Shown: positions 61,614-64,000 of the stretch, in pieces
Numbering within the stretch: the first letter of the stretch is position 1
Layout of the letters: each line of letters starts with the position of its first letter
NCBI GenBank assembly: GCA_965204375.1
Contig: OZ241986.1
Span: 5,376,001 to 5,440,000 of the forward strand
Source: Candidatus Latescibacterota bacterium
Lineage (GTDB): Bacteria; Latescibacterota; UBA2968
DNA length: 64,000 nt
Direction: 5' to 3'
The notes under the pieces: generated by a model
What the model was told of the DNA's origin: nothing
The model's database searches: none
The model's input: only the letters and a program-made list of their open reading frames with translations
Translations under genes and position numbers: made by a program

Positions 61614-62795
61614 ATGAAAAATACTTTGTTAAAACGCCTTCTGGAATTACCAGATCGCTCATTTTTTCTTTTTGGACCGCGCTCAACAGGCAAGAGTACC
61701 TATTTGCGCCAGGTTTTGCCCAATGCGATTTATCTCGATTTGCTCGATTCTTCGCTTTATTTCGAGCTTTCTCAGTCGCCCCATCACCTCGAGGCTCTGA
61801 TCGGCAATCGCCCAGAGCAGACCTGGATTGTTCTGGATGAAGTTCAAAAGATTCCCGCTTTGCTGGATGAAGTTCATCGTTTGATAGAAAATAAACAATG
61901 GCGGTTCGTGCTTTGTGGTTCTTCTGCGCGTAAACTGCGGCGGGGCGGTACTAATTTGCTTGCTGGTCGCGCAATTACACGCCACATGGAATCGTTTAGC
62001 AGTGCAGAACTCGGTGCGCTTTTCGATCTCGATTTTTCACTGCAATACGGTTTGTTGCCCACTGTGCAATTAGACCGCAAGTATGCCCGCGATATTCTCG
62101 ATGCTTATGTTAATACCTATATTAGAGAAGAGATTAAAGAAGAGGGGGTTGTGCGCAATCTGCCTCCTTTTCTCCGATTTTTAAGCATTGCTGGTCAGAT
62201 TAATGCCCAACAGGTTAACGCGCAAAGTCTGGCGCGAGATGCAGCGGTTTCTCGCAGCAGTATCGATATCTATTTTTCGATTCTGGAGGATACGCTTTTG
62301 GGGCACAAGCTTTTGGCTTATCGCCCGAATATTAAAGTTCGAGAGCAGACCCGACCCAAATTCTACTGGTTCGATCCGGGAGTTGCGCGTGCAGCCGCGG
62401 GATTGCTCGATGATCCGCTTGACCGCGTCTGGTTGGGGACGGCGTTGGAGACGTTGATTTATCACGAGTTGCGCGTGTACAATCACACGCGAGAAAGACA
62501 CCGTTCTATTGCATTTTATCGCACGGCTACGGGGGGAGAAATCGATTTTGTTATTGAAACGCGGAAGAGAACAGTATCTTCTCGGGCGCATGTGGTGTGT
62601 CTCGAAGTTAAGCTGTCTGATCGGTGGGATAGACGCTGGGAACGTCAGATGCGTGATATGAGTCAATCCCCACAGATTTGCGTTGATCGCATGGTGGGCG
62701 TTTATACGGGCAAGCGGAGCTATCATTTTGATGGTGTGGATGTTTTGCCTGTTGCAGAGTTTTTACAGCAGTTGTATCAGGGGAATATTTTTTGA
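61614..62795 (+). CDS. AAA_14 ATPase with DUF4143 domain
   Basis: GPRSTGKS, LDEVQK, GSSARKL, LAGR, KFYWFDPG, EIDFVIE..EVK. Confidence 0.9.
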   Translation: MKNTLLKRLLELPDRSFFLFGPRSTGKSTYLRQVLPNAIYLDLLDSSLYFELSQSPHHLEALIGNRPEQTWIVLDEVQKIPALLDEVHRLIENKQWRFVLCGSSARKLRRGGTNLLAGRAITRHMESFSSAELGALFDLDFSLQYGLLPTVQLDRKYARDILDAYVNTYIREEIKEEGVVRNLPPFLRFLSIAGQINAQQVNAQSLARDAAVSRSSIDIYFSILEDTLLGHKLLAYRPNIKVREQTRPKFYWFDPGVARAAAGLLDDPLDRVWLGTALETLIYHELRVYNHTRERHRSIAFYRTATGGEIDFVIETRKRTVSSRAHVVCLEVKLSDRWDRRWERQMRDMSQSPQICVDRMVGVYTGKRSYHFDGVDVLPVAEFLQQLYQGNIF

Positions 62796-62809
62796 TAAGG
62801 AGTTTCAAA

Positions 62810-63736
62810 ATGGAATATCGGCAACTCGGCAATTCGGGGCTTCAGGTTTCGGCGATTGGTCTGGGTACCAATAATTTTGGCTGGCGCCTTGACGCGAGGG
62901 CTACGGCGCGTGTTATGGGTCGGGCACTGGATGAGGGGATTACGTTGATCGATACGGCTAATATGTACGGGGACACGCTGTCGGAGTCCTATATTGGCAG
63001 GGCGATTAGAGGCAAGCGCGATGCGTTTATTCTGGCGACTAAGGTGTCGATGAGTACGGGGGATGGTCCCAATATGCGCGGCAATTCGCGGTACCATATT
63101 CTCAAAGAGGTGGAGGAGAGTCTCAGACGTCTCAATACGGATTATATCGACCTTTATCAGATTCACCAGACGGACGCCAATACGCCTATTGAGGAGACTT
63201 TGCACGCGCTTGACTATCTCGTTGCTCAGGGCAAGGTGCGCTATATCGGCTGTTCCAATTTTATGGCGTGGGAGGTCTGCGAGGCGATCTGGACTTCGCG
63301 CGCGAAGAATTTGGTTGCGTTTTCGACTGTGCAACCCCGCTATAGTATGCTCGACCGCGAGGTTGAGGCAGAGCTTGTGCCGTTTTGCAAGTCTTATGGT
63401 ATTGGCATTTTGCCCTATTTTCCCCTTGCCAGCGGTTTTCTTACGGGCAAATATCGCCGAGATGAACCAGCGCCCGAGGGTACGCGTTTGGCAGAGCGCG
63501 ACCGCGGGATGTTCACAGATAAGAATTTCGATATTCTGGAAGCGTTGGAAGAATTTGCACAGGGACGCGATCATACCGTTCTCGATCTGGCTTTTGCATG
63601 GCTTCTCGCCAATCCCTGTGTGTGTTCCGTGATTGCCGGGGCTACCACGCCCGAGCAAGTTACGGCAAATGCCGCGACTATTGGTTGGGATCTCAGTGAT
63701 GAGGAGATGGAAGAGATTGATGAGATTCTCTCGTAG
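62810..63736 (+). CDS. Aldo/keto reductase
   Basis: YRQLGNSGL, DTANMYG, DLYQIH, GKVRYIGCSN, PLASGFLTGKY. Confidence 0.95.
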   Translation: MEYRQLGNSGLQVSAIGLGTNNFGWRLDARATARVMGRALDEGITLIDTANMYGDTLSESYIGRAIRGKRDAFILATKVSMSTGDGPNMRGNSRYHILKEVEESLRRLNTDYIDLYQIHQTDANTPIEETLHALDYLVAQGKVRYIGCSNFMAWEVCEAIWTSRAKNLVAFSTVQPRYSMLDREVEAELVPFCKSYGIGILPYFPLASGFLTGKYRRDEPAPEGTRLAERDRGMFTDKNFDILEALEEFAQGRDHTVLDLAFAWLLANPCVCSVIAGATTPEQVTANAATIGWDLSDEEMEEIDEILS

Positions 63737-63747
63737 TCATTTAGAAA

Positions 63748-64000
63748 TTATAAAAACAAAAGGGACGCAGAATAAATGAGCGTCCCTTTTCTATTTTGAG
63801 CAGTTGAAGATTTGGTATCAGGCAACAGGTATCCGCTCTCCATCTTTTTCCAAAATAATCCGAAAACCATAGGCTTGTACGATGTTCTTAAAGCTCTGCA
63901 GGCGAATGTCTTGCTGTTTTCCAGATCGGATATTTTGAATTGTATTGGCGGATAAGCCCGCTTCTTTTGCCAATTTTCGAACCGATTTGTCATCGCCATC
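63748..64000 (-). CDS. Possible 3' part of an unknown gene or gene remnant
   Basis: Open frame running to the window edge; no recognisable motif. Confidence 0.25.
   Translation of the reverse strand, partial: MAMTNRFENWQKKRAYPPIQFKISDLENSKTFACRALRTSYKPMVFGLFWKKMESGYLLPDTKSSTAQNRKGTLIYSASLLFL

Overview
A 64-kb bacterial chromosome window. The 16S rRNA is divergent, and the gene content is compatible with an uncultured lineage such as Latescibacterota, though this cannot be verified here. Core content: nuoABCD downstream of a xanthine-dehydrogenase-family Mo subunit, trmJ, bioF, a single-ORF Lnt-TatC fusion, uvrA, tRNA-Arg(UCG), hemL, a complete rrn operon (16S-tRNAIle-tRNAAla-23S-5S), EF-G2, prpBCD, yebC-ruvCAB-tsaB-rimI, cysK, a GH29 fucosidase with a DUF6785-type membrane protein, and a form II coxSLM-coxG cluster. 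Accessory content: an ABC-ATPase plus PD-(D/E)xK pair and an 18.8-29.3 kb defence-type island (type III R-M split by an Rpn gene, a pentapeptide protein, several orphan antitoxins, rfbB). The most striking signals are: (1) a PIN toxin-antitoxin cassette in the nuo operon bounded by a second copy of the nuoD 3' end that differs only at synonymous positions, with duplicated gene starts around simple-repeat inserts at other operon junctions, which suggests cassette traffic at housekeeping gene ends; (2) the Lnt-TatC fusion; (3) repeated loss of toxins while antitoxins are kept. All assignments come from motif recognition by eye; no searches were run.
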